In this document: one piece after another, positions 29,669 through 40,335 of the stretch | Layout: every line of letters begins with the position of its first letter | How positions within the stretch are numbered: the stretch's first letter is position 1 | NCBI GenBank assembly: GCA_009602735.1 | Contig: WELA01002297.1 | Span: 638,805-679,275, forward strand | Direction of reading: 5' to 3' | DNA length: 40,471 bases | From: Mesotaenium endlicherianum | Taxonomy: Eukaryota | Program-made: the position numbers and the translations under genes | Notes under the pieces: model-generated | The model's database searches: none | What the model was told of the DNA's origin: nothing | What the model saw: the letters and a program-made list of their open reading frames with translations, nothing else

Positions 29669-30136
29669 ATACGAACGAAGAGGTAACTCGAGGTACTTTG
29701 ATCGCGCGCCAATTTTACGTACACAATTCAAACCGACACTTCCTGTCGCTTTCGCGACGTGTCGCACGCGCAGCATCAGTCCACGCGGCGGATCGCTACA
29801 CTCCTCCCACCTACAAGTGTGCACTTTCCGGGCACTTAGGCCGCGGCGGTGCGAGGGACGTTGTTCCGGGATAGTGTTCTTCCTTCGTACGATCCAAAGA
29901 TTGCCATACGACGGTACCATCCACCAGTCTCGCATCCATTGGGGTTTGAACCCTCGTCTCCTAGATACGGTTGCGTATATTCGCGCTCCGGTACCAATAT
30001 GACGATACAAACAAAAAGGTAACTTGAGGTACTTTGATGGCGTGCCAATTGTACTCATACAATCCAAATTGACACTTCATGTCGCTTTCGCAATGTGTTG
30101 CACGCGCCGCATCCGGCCACGCGGCGGATCATTACA
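29669..30136. repeat. Pair of 132-bp direct repeats (29669-29800 and 30005-30136, offset 336 bp)
   Basis: Gap-free alignment AGGTAACT.GAGGTACTTTGAT...GACACTTC.TGTCGCTTTCGC...CCACGCGGCGGATC with roughly 20 substitutions. Confidence 0.9.
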
Positions 30137-31265
30137 AATTTTCTCATGTCTGTTGAGTCAAATGTACGTGAATGATTGCGCCGACGCATGGATAGCTAAC
30201 TTCTATGGTACAAAGCGGGCCCCCCGAAGTACAAGTTTTCAATTATAGGCAAAAGTGTGCCTTCTCGGGCTCCTTGTGGCCTTGGAAACTCCTTCCATTT
30301 CGCGCCTTCTCCTTCCTTCCCCCCCTCCCTCCTTCTCCTTCGAGAATGAGGGCTCGTGCTTTATCCAAGCAGCTGCATGCACTCACCTTGAAGTTAGTGG
30401 TTAAGCTAACTCATGACGAGTCCACAGGCATGTGCGCTTTGCCTCATAGGCATCGCGCGTTACAGCGTGAACCCCCCTGTCAGTGCCCAAGCTGACGTGG
30501 GTTTCAAGACCATGTCTGATGTTGTGGCAGCGCCTTCGTGGCAGCGATGCCAACAGGCCATGGGTTGTGGTGGCCTATTACCTCGTCTTTGCCTTGACTT
30601 AACAATGCCCATTTTGAATTTGACGATCGCGCATGCATCGGTACGTGCTTATTTGCATCCTCTAACTAATAATGACAATCCTTGTTGATAGAGTGATCGG
30701 CAAGAAGAGGTCATTTGAGAACTCGAAGGACTTCAAGTCTGCTCAAGAGCAGACTTCAAAATCGGAGCTCGATTGAGTGAAACCACGAAGGTCAATCAAT
30801 CTAATTTATCAACTTCAATCAATCATGTCGAGTCTGGAGATCATTGTAACAACACTTTTATCACGCTCTATTTGTATATGTACTTCAAGGTGCAACGCCG
30901 TACTTTTCAATCAATCAAGTCGCGTTTGATTTGGCCTCTGTTAATTGGGCCTTAGCAGCTGCTGGCATGGCCCTTCCTGGCTTGGGCAAGGGCAGTCCCA
31001 CAGCTAACCTGGCTTGCAAATCATTTCCTATTGTTGGGTGTCGGAATTGACCGGGTTTATGTGATGACTCTACACGTGTGATGAAATGGACTCGCGTCCA
31101 ACGCTGACTGACACATGTCAGCAGGGCCTGGTCAGTGGATCGACAGTTGACTGTCCGTTCCTAAGCACGCTCTGCTACGCGTGCCAAACCGCCCGGTGAG
31201 TAAGTCGCGGCATCGTATCGAACCAAGATTTAACCTACATTTTTGCAGATTCAACATACCTGTTG

Positions 31266-31564
31266 TGCCTAACAGTGTTGGTCCCTCGGCACGTGCGTAG
31301 CCTTCCAGCACGTGTGCCTTTGACCTGGTCGATGTGTCGGTGGCCCTCCTCACGTGTGGGCAAACATGGTCGATCGACCTTCGCACGTGTGTCGGTGACA
31401 AGCCTTACCAAGGTTGACCCATCCCTGGGCTCCTGAACTTGCACCATGCAACCATGACCAACACTCAGAGCAATGTTCTCCTTCACCCAGCTCGCACCAT
31501 CTGCTCATCTTAAGACTAAGCAGAAAATTTTAAAAATACTTGCCTTGTCTTAATTCCTCTTACA
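31266..31564 (-). repeat. Second copy of the LTR terminus (near-identical to 32823-33116)
   Basis: About 8 substitutions and one 5-bp indel over ~295 bp. Both copies end in CTCTTACA. Weaker similarity continues at 31090-31215 vs 32700-32820. Confidence 0.9.
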
Positions 31565-33116
31565 AGGACGGAAGTCTCTTACTTCCACATAGGCTTTATG
31601 CCTTAAGGTTCTTGGGCTCACAGGCGAGCAAATTGTAGTTAGCAAAAATCACACTCTAAGCAGCTTGACATACAACGTCAGATTCAGAGAAAATTGCCCG
31701 TCAGGCTTTTGCTTAAAATTCACAAAGTCACAGTTTCCAAAACTCTGAAACTACCCGTCTATGCTGGCCTGGGTCAAGCTCTTCACTTAACACCGCGCCT
31801 TAACAACTCTTCATTGCCAGGCTAGGCTCACTCAGTTCTTCACTAAGAGCTTTATCTGCCAATACTACTCTCTCTCTTCGAGATGCCAATGCGACTTCTG
31901 AGAACTTGGAAACTAACACACAACTCACCATTTTAAAGCTGCTTCACACACACTTGTGGCGTTCGGCCGAATCTGTGCTAATCTTCTAGCAGATTCTATT
32001 CTGCAGTTCTCCTACTTTCAACAGTGAGATTCCCTCTTGGGAACTCCTACAATCCTGACTTATCTATGATACACTGAGAAGAATCTTCAGCGTCGGCAGA
32101 AGCGTGGGGCCTCGGCTCTCCAATGGCCTTGGGAACTCCTTCTTCTTCTTTGCGCCCTTCTTCTCCTTCCTTTTGCTCCTTCTGCTCCTGCTGCTTCTTG
32201 ACAAAAGTGCGTGAGAGTGAATGACATGTCTCGGGCAAGATTCGTGCCTTTCGCAGGCACCACACAGCGTCATCTTCCGAGAATGCCGTGCTTAGTCACA
32301 AAGCTTAGCTGCATGTCGCTTCTGCCTAGCCGTGCTCAACTCAAGCTCGTAGTCGCTCAGTATGCATGCACACCTCGTGACTGTCGCGCGTGGCTGCTTA
32401 GCTTCTCAGCTGGCAGTCACGCCTAATTGGCTCATGGCTAAAAACTCCTGAGCGGCTTGTACAAGCAAATGCCACTTGCTCAAGATTCCCAACCGGGCGG
32501 CCGTAACCTATCTTGGCATTGCGGCCATGACCTGGCTTAATCTGCCAGTCACACAGTACCTGACTTGGTACCTGCTGGGCGGCGCATCACTGATCCCCAG
32601 CTTCTAACCTTGCGGTTGTCTATGCTGTCAAAACCTCCCCCATCCCTGGGTGTGGGGCACATTGACATTGACCCCTTGCCAGTGGTCTTGACGCCGACAT
32701 AACCGCTGACTGCGACGTAATCAGTCAAGTGGTCGGTGAGTCAACGTTGACATTCCGTACCTGGGTGGCCGTAGCTTGCGCTGCGCGTGCGGCACCGTCA
32801 AACGGATAATAGTCGCGACAGCTGCCTAACAGTGTCGGTCCCTCGGCATGTGCGTAGCCTCCCAGCACGTGTGCCTTTGACCTGGTCGATGTGTCGGTGG
32901 CCCTCCTCACGTGTGGGCAAACATGGTCGATCGACCTTCGCACGTGTGTCGGTGACAAGCCTTACCAAGGTTGACCCATCCCTGGGCTCCTGAACTTGCA
33001 CCATGCAACCATGACCAACACTCAGAGTAATGTTCTCCTTCACCCAGCTCTCACCATCTGCTTATCCTAAGACTTAGCAGAAAATTTTAAAAATACTTGC
33101 CTTAATTCCTCTTACA
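31565..33116 (-). mobile_element. 3' LTR of the DNMT-Gypsy element (~1.55 kb; left limit uncertain)
   Basis: Starts TGTAAGAGG at 33116 directly after the PPT and is non-coding. Its distal end abuts another LTR terminus at 31564 rather than showing a clean terminal dinucleotide. Confidence 0.65.
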
Positions 33117-33128
33117 CCCCTCCCTTTC
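33117..33128 (-). promoter_or_regulatory. Polypurine tract
   Basis: Minus strand GAAAGGGAGGGG immediately before TGTAAG, ~35 nt after the pol stop at 33164. Confidence 0.85.
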
Positions 33129-33163
33129 AGCTGAGGCGTCCCTGCCTTTTCTGCTAAAAGCTA

Positions 33164-34075
33164 TTATTTTCCAGCCCTGCGGCTGAGGGGTTTAGGAAGG
33201 CAGTCAGGACATTCCCATTGTCCTGCCATAATCTCTTCCTCGCCAATGCAGAAAGTGTGCCAACGGGCACCACACTTATCGCAAGTTACCATTGCTTCCT
33301 GATCATCTAGCACTTTGCAGCTGGCGCAAGGCGTGGCTGGCACCAATTCCTCGGGCACAACCCTAACCGTAGGATCAATATTCGGCAAATGGCATAGCGA
33401 GCAATTCTGCACGTGGTCTCTCATGGTTTTACCATCAGAATCTTCCAGTTTTAACACACCATTGTCAAACGCATGTTTCACGCGTAAGATCACTGCACCT
33501 GAATTGGTGTCGATGGTGGTCTTGGTCTGGCGCTTGCGGTAGACGAAGTCTCCTTCTTGAATCTGCGTCATCTGCAGGCAGTAGCTCCCGTCTCGCGTCC
33601 TGGCGTAACGCTGCGTATCTCTTTTCTGCGCAATTTTCAGATTGTCCAGTGCAACCGGCATCATGCGCTCAAATAACGCCTTACGGCGTACCATCACTTT
33701 TAGCAATTCATCAGGGCTGTCCAGGTCTTTCACCTGTTCAATCTCTTGCTTGATGCTGCTGGGCACTACTGGACTTCTGCCGAACAGTATCTGATATGGC
33801 GAGTAATTCGCCAAGGCAGCCTGCTTGCTAAATCTGTAACCCATGACCAGCCATGGCAGGGCCAGATCCTAGTCATGCTTGTCATGCTCAAGGCAAAACT
33901 TGCGCAAAGCAAACTTAATGATTTGCACCATCCTTTCTGCCAGACCATCTGCTTGCGGATGATCTCTAGACGTAGTGCGATGATCGATGAAGCATCTATC
34001 CAAGAGTTTCTGAAAAGACCCTTGGAACTCAAACCCTTGGTCTGTCAGCACTTTTGCTGGAGCTCCATGATGCAC
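33164..34075 (-). pseudogene. Integrase catalytic C-half, C-terminal region and PHD finger (33200-33328)
   Basis: HGAPAKVLTDQGFEF..HPQADGLAER (second D and E of DDE); in-frame TAG at 33869; YSPYQILFGR; CASC..CDKC..WH..C..WECPDC (C4HC3). Confidence 0.92.
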
Positions 34076-35965
34076 AGCTTTGGCAGGCCTTGATCACATC
34101 TTCACCTTGCTGCTTCATGCCCCTCCACCAGTACGACAGCTCCAAAAGACTATACGTCTTCTTGACACCATAGTGTCCAGTGTTCTCGTGCATTTCCTGC
34201 ACAAGAGCTCGTCTCCTGATGGGTTCTGGCACTAACTTCTCCTGACCAGTTTCTTCAATTTTGAAGAGGTTGTTGCGTTTCCAGCAAAACCTTTTAGCTC
34301 GATGGCTTACCTGGTCCTTCTCCTTCACTAATAGCCCTTCCAAGTGAGTTCTCGTCTTCAGCCAATGCATAGTAGCTTGATCTTTCCAGATCTCTGGATT
34401 GAACAGGGGTAGAGGCTCAGCTTCACCTGATGCTACCATTCCAGCCATTTCGGCTAGGCAAGCCACCAACTTTGTTGGGCTGCTCGGGTCTTCGTCCTCT
34501 CGAGCTCCTGTTCTATCGTCTGAAGATGGGTCTGGGTTCCTGCTGAGTCCATCGGCGTCGTTGTTGAGCACTCCTGCTCTGTGCACCACCGTCATTTGGT
34601 ACTCTTGCAGCTTAAGAGCCCAGCGAGCCAACTTACCAGTGAGGTCTCCATTCTTCATCAGCCATAGTAATGGTGAGTGATCCGTGATCAGCGTGAAGGG
34701 TCTTCCCCACAGATACTCTCTGAAGTGTGTGACAGCCCAAACCACTGCCAGCAGCTCTCCTTCGTAGGACGAGTAGTTGCTCTCCGCTCGATTGTTAGAG
34801 CGTGAGGCATAGGCAATGACATACTCCTCTCTAGGGCTTGCGGCCTGAGTGAGCACTGCGCCAATTCCCACACGACTCCCGTCAGTGTGCAGATTGAATG
34901 GCTTGAAGTAATCAGGTGTTCGCAAGACTGGGGCTGTTACCAGCCGCTCCTTAAGCTCGTTCATGGTTTTCTCCTGAGCTTCTGTCCATACAAAAGGCAC
35001 ATCCTTTTTCAGGAGTTCCGTCAGGGGTTTAGCAATTCTGCTATAATCCTTCACAAACTTACAATAGTATCCGCTTAGTCCCAATAAAGATTTCAGCTTA
35101 GACACATTCGCAGGTGCAGGTATCTTGTAAATAGCCTTAGTCTTTACAGCCTGAGAGGACATAGCATTGTTCCCATTCTCATGTCCTAGGTAAGGCACAT
35201 GTGCCTCAAAGAATCTGCACTTCCTAGGATGCAGCTTCATCTGGAATTTCTCCAGGCGCTGGAACACTTGTTCCAAGTGCTCGAGGTGCTCCTCTATGCA
35301 CTTGCTGAATACTACCACATCGTCAATGTATGGCTTAGCAAAATCCAGCCCCTCCAGCACTTTATCCATAGTCCTCTGAAATATGGCTGGGGCATTTTTC
35401 AGCCCAAATGGCATTACTGTCCATTGCCAAAGTTCCCTTTGAGCCCAGAAGGCGGTTTTACCTCGATCTTCTGTTTTCACAGGGATCTGGTTGAAGCCTT
35501 GGCGCAAATCAATGATGCTGAACACCTTCCCGATGGTGGCAATTGCAAAGATCCGCTCCGGCGTAGGCATCACATAGCTGGATGGCTCCGTGTAGAGATT
35601 CAGTTGCCTGTAATCTCCACAAATACGAGTGGCAGTGGAATTGCCGGCCTCGTTCTTTTTAGCGACTAGTACTGTGGGAGCCCCATGCACTGAGGTAGAT
35701 TTTTCAATCATGCAGAGCTTATGCAGCTCTTCGCAAGTTTTCTCCACACAATCCCACTCTGTCTGACTGGGTTATCAGTAGTTAGTGTGATCTCACACAC
35801 ACTGGCAGTGGTTCTACCAATCTCCTCCTTAATAAAAGCGAACACCTTGCGGTGTTTCTTCAGCAACCTTTCTACTTGTGCTCTCTGCTGGGCTGTGACC
35901 ATTTTCCCAATGGCAAAAGTCTCAGTTTCAGGTTGCTTCTCCCCAACAAAGGCATACAGTAGTTG
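34029..35965 (-). pseudogene. Reverse transcriptase, RNase H and integrase HHCC zinc finger
   Basis: RICGDYRQLN, IDLRQGFNQI, MPFGLKNAP, YIDD, LHTDGS, IAYASR, ELLAVVWA, TDHSPL, ADGLSR, H..GHYG..CQSC. Frameshifting deletions near 35760 and 34070. Confidence 0.95.
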
Positions 35966-37435
35966 CTACTCCTTGGGTGCAGGTGGGGGCTTTTCGCCCT
36001 CATCTTGGCCCTCAGGCTTTTCTGCCTGATTCTGGCTCTCAGGCTTTTCTACCTGATTCTTAGGAGGCGGGGTAGCAGGCTCTGCAGCTTGCTCCTCCGT
36101 TGCCATAGGCTCTGCAGCCTGTTTCCTAGGCTTTTCACCTTTCCCAATAACGCGTCGCCTCTCCTGCGGTGAGGTGTACGTCAGGCGCCTCTGGATGGGT
36201 TGCCTCAGGAACATTTCCTCGTCGACTGCAGTCCAACTGGTCTCCGTTCCTCCTTCTTCACGTGGCCGAGGTTGGTTTGCCATCGGCCAACCTGCAGGAT
36301 CTGTCCTAGGGCTGATTACCCAGCCCCACTCTTGCTCAATAATAGCCATGCGGGCGACGGTCGTGCCATACTCCTCCCTTGCGGGTGGTGTGACCGTCCA
36401 TGCCTGCGCCAACGTTTGCGGCCTTTGAGGTGCCGCTAGTTGTGCGAGGAAAACATCGTCTGCTGCAGTCAAGCGGCTGATGGTGTTTCTCAGATCCATC
36501 AGTTCCCATTCTAGGATTGCAGGTGTCATGGGAGCAGGTGCCTCCGACCTCTGCATCCTAAGATCTGATAGTTGCAACAAGGGCGTGTTAATGCCGGGCG
36601 GCACACTAATGCCCAATGCCATTGCCCTGCGAATCAAGCCGTCCTCTCCCTCTCTCTGCAGAATATCCCGCAGAGGCGGAGGAGGTGGGGCTGTGGTTCC
36701 TCGCGGAACGCCCTCTCTCTGAGCCTTCCCCTTATGCTTGAAATATCGCTTTAGCATCCTCATAAAAGATGCGTTACCCTCACGGGCCACCTTCCTTGGT
36801 CTGCTTGCGCGACCCTTGGGCTTACCTTGCGCTCTCTCCACTTTAGCAGTGCAGGCAGTCACCTCCTGCCGTTGCGACGGTCGTGCGATTGACTTGGGCT
36901 CTGCCACTGAAAGACTGGCAGTAGGGGTACTGGATGTTGGTGACCTTAGTTCTTCATAAAGGTCTGCCGGGCTTGGCCCCATCAGGTGGTCAGCTACCCA
37001 CTCGTCTGTCCTCAGCTCCTGCAAGTCAAGCAGATCCAACTCTGGCGTGGGAAAACGTGGAATTTCTTCCCTGGCTTCCCCTCCATTGTTGAGTGATGGC
37101 AACTCAAACTCTGCGAGGCCTTGCATCTCTGCATCCTCTCCCTCCTCCGGCTTCTCTGTTCCAGGAGGCGGCGGTTCTTCATCATCTCCTGTGTTGAGCC
37201 TCGCCATGTTGATGATGGCTGACTGTAGAGCGCGAGCTGCTTTCGCCACTTTCTCTTCTTTGAGTCGAGGTGCGTCTGCTTCTAGCAACTGCTCCATGAT
37301 TTGCCTGGTGATCGACTCAGCTGTGCTGCCAACTGTGCCTTGTGGTTGCCCTCTGGCCTCTGGCTCTGGGCTCATCAGAACAGGTGTGGCGGGCAATCTC
37401 TCGACCGTCTCCTTCCTGCGTTCTTCAAAGATCAC
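35966..37435 (-). pseudogene. Pro/Glu-rich pol linker of unknown function between DNMT and RT
   Basis: 489-aa open stretch in the same frame as the DNMT and the RT N-terminus, separated only by stops. Short internal repeats QAAEP x2 and (NQ)xEKP x3. Confidence 0.6.
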
Positions 37436-37471
37436 CTCCAGGCAAATGGTCTTTCAAGACCCTCCAAAATT

Positions 37472-39154
37472 TCATGAATTCTGACTGCATTCTTCGGCCC
37501 ATTCGCCAATATTGCACTGACGTTCTTCATATCTTGACGTTGCCGCGTCTGGGGATGAGTCTCCAAAGATCTGGTCTTGGGCCATGTTTCGTAACTCAGA
37601 ATTGGTCTCTTCCTCCCCTTCCGGCATCCTCACAAATATTTGGCTGGAGCGTTCTGCAGATAATGGGATCTCCTGTGATTTGCTTGCTGCAGCGCTCGCC
37701 AAAGGGTTTGCTTCACTAGTTGCCTGGTCTTCCATGGCTACGTCTTCTCCCAGCCTTCGCAGCTCTCTTTCTAAAGGGTCGTGTAGAGCCGTCATCCGAT
37801 TCTCAATTCGCGCCAGTAGGTCTTGACACCTGGTCAGCTCCGCCACTCTGGTTTCTCTGAGTGCTTCACCTTGGTCAGCCTCAGCTGCGTCCCTTTCAAC
37901 ACCATATTCTTCTTGTCGCTGATGCGCTTCCCTGATAGCTCTCTGATCAGAGGTTGGCACCACATGGACTTCAATTGTTACTGGTCTCGGCCTGGGCCTA
38001 GGCTTGTCAGAGAATGTCATCTGCTGCCAAGTCATAATCGTCTCCACCAACCACGTCATGGAGTGATGCCCAATCATATTGCCGAATATCTTCCCAGCGT
38101 CGTCCTGTCCCACCATCGCAACAATTTCTTGTGCAATGGAGTTGGGTACCCCCGAGCACCTTCCCTTCTCTTCACCTGTCGGCTCTCTCCACTGAGCTTC
38201 TCTGTCGTGCGCATTCTTGACCATTCCTGGTCCTCCATTCACGAATGCGTGTGATCCTGGGTATGCCGTGAAGGTGGGCAGCACCACCCTTGGCCGGCCT
38301 GGCTCGTTGACGACGTACTGTGGGTAGGAATCCCTCCTGATCACTGGCTTGGTTTCCACCATCAGTGCTTCTCCCACAGATACTGCTGTTGGTGAGCGCC
38401 GCGTAATCTCCTCCATCTCCCTCAGGACTTCAATGGACATGCCGTTGGTCCAGAATAGTCTGGCCCGATGTGAGAGTCCTCCGTGCCTGGCGTCATTGAT
38501 CAATACATGATGACCCAAGGTGGAGTCAAAGACCAACCATGGATCTCCTGGCTTCATCTGGTTGTATTCCATCCCTGGATGTACATTCTCAATCACAAAC
38601 ACTGGTGGGTAGAGATGCTGGCGTTCCCGCAGCATACTGATGATTTTCACCAACAATCCCCAGTGTTGTGCTCGCGGGTCATTGAATCCCCTCGTGTTCC
38701 CGGCTTGCGAGAAAGGTTGACAAGGGAATCCCGCAAAGATCCAGTCAATCCTGTAACCATACAGGTCCTCAGACTTCACATCGAGAGTGTTTCCTCCAGC
38801 AAGACACACCAAACTAGAGTCAGTAGGCACCAACGCCTTGTAAAGATGCATTTGCCGCATCTAACTCATGACCTTCTTAAATGCTATGAAAGCACTCTCA
38901 TCATTGTCCACATACAGCACTTTGGATACCTGGATACCTCGCTGAATCAGTGAGATGGTTCCAAAACCAAGTCCGGCGAACAATTCCAGCACCACTACTC
39001 CTCTCCTGCGAAAAGGATCTTCCATCCTCACAATGCCTTGCGGCAGCGGGTCTACTCCTGGCATCAAATTGGCAGCAGACTTAACTGGATAAGGAACTGG
39101 CAGCAGCTCTTGCGGGCCACGGTCCCTATTACTCACAGCTTCCAGTTGCTCCAT
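37472..39154 (-). pseudogene. C5-cytosine DNA methyltransferase (DNMT) embedded in pol, split by one in-frame TAG (38861-38863)
   Basis: Motif I VLELFAGLG (FAGLG 38966-38980); II YVDND; IV IFAGFPCQPFS (FPCQ 38717-38728); V DPR; VI VIENV (38582-38590); VIII HRARLFWTN (38444-38467); IX REPTGEEKGRCSGVP; X KIFGNMI (GN 38078-38083). All in canonical order. Confidence 0.93.
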
Positions 39155-39163
39155 AATCCGAGG

Positions 39164-39720
39164 TTACCAAACCAAGGGAGTCGGCATGTTGACGCTGGTG
39201 TAGCCCTCCTCTTTGCGTTGCATGATGAGGTCATAATGGTCTGGATATCGGTCATTCACACAACAGTACAGCAGTCCGTAGTTTGCCTCTCCCGAGCAAA
39301 CCAGTTTTACAGGAATTTCTCCTGTCGGCTGCCGATCTGTCAACTGGTAAGTCACCCTCTGCTTCCGCAGGTCGATGACCATACCCAGGAGAATCAGAGC
39401 TTCTGTCCCCAAGAGAACATCATAGTTTTTTGCCTCTGTCACCGTGCATTCTATGAGCAGTGACGCCTCCTCAGGTTTCCCCAAGTTTACTGTGATTTTC
39501 ACAGGCTTGCGGGTATTTCCACAAGACTTCGAAATCTGCCTAGATGCAGTCCTCAACTGAAAAGGACTTTCTTACAGGTCCCTTGCCGTCAATCCCAGAG
39601 CTTTCACAGCTCTCTTTCCCAAGATTACTGGCTGTGCGTCAGTGTCCAAGAGGATGTTGGGAGCGGTCCAGTCGTTGAACGTCAAAACTCTATCCTTGTT
39701 CTGCACTCTCACAGTGCTGA
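39164..39720 (-). pseudogene. Retroviral-type aspartic protease (active site DTG changed to DTD)
   Basis: NILLDTDAQPVILGKRAVKALGL (DTD at 39638-39646) ... YDVLLGTEAL. In-frame TAA at 39572 and 39164. Same frame as the DNMT. Confidence 0.85.
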
Positions 39721-39759
39721 AATTAGTAGGCAGCGAAGCGCTGTTTGCGCCTTCCTCAG

Positions 39760-40335
39760 CTATGTCCAGCTGCTGTCCGGCTTCTTCAACCGTGAAAGGA
39801 TACGTAAGACGCAGATCAGCGAGTGAAAGACAAGAATGTGCTGAATCTGGTGTTCCACAAGAGCCTTCAGCTTCTCCAGCGAAAAACTAAATGTCTTGCG
39901 TGGCCCAGGCTTGGCTTGTCGTAGCTGCGCAATCTCGTTCTCATCGAGAGTGATCGGAAAGGTCTGAGGAAGCTTCCCAGCATTCTTTGGAACCAGACGG
40001 TCATGATCTGCGCGCTCCGCAGCCGTTGCAGCCACGGCCTTCTCAGGCGTCAGCTTCTCGCCTTTGCAGACGGTCTTTTCGGCCACATTTGCATCATAAT
40101 AGACATTAGGCACATTTAGTCTTGCGAATTGAGCTTTCAACTCTGCAATCTCTGCACTCATATCATCATACTTCTGGTTACCCTTTTGGTTACCAAAGTT
40201 ATCTTTCTCCTTTTTCTTACCCTTATCTGCCTCTTTCGTGGCAGCATTAGCCCATGGTGGCTTCAGATTTGGATTCTTGGACCAACACTCATCTTCTGAG
40301 TGTCCCTTTTTGCTGCAATGTGCGCATACCTGCTG
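39760..40335 (-). pseudogene. Gag C-terminal part with CCHC zinc knuckle
   Basis: CAHCSKKGHSEDEC (40285-40326) is in frame with ORF 39760-40161. The frame shifts into the protease frame around 39800-39880. Confidence 0.85.

Noticed and set aside
37472..39154. Bacterial restriction-modification methylase or contamination
   Set aside because: The DNMT is in frame with the retroviral protease and RT inside an LTR element, with no endonuclease partner or composition break.
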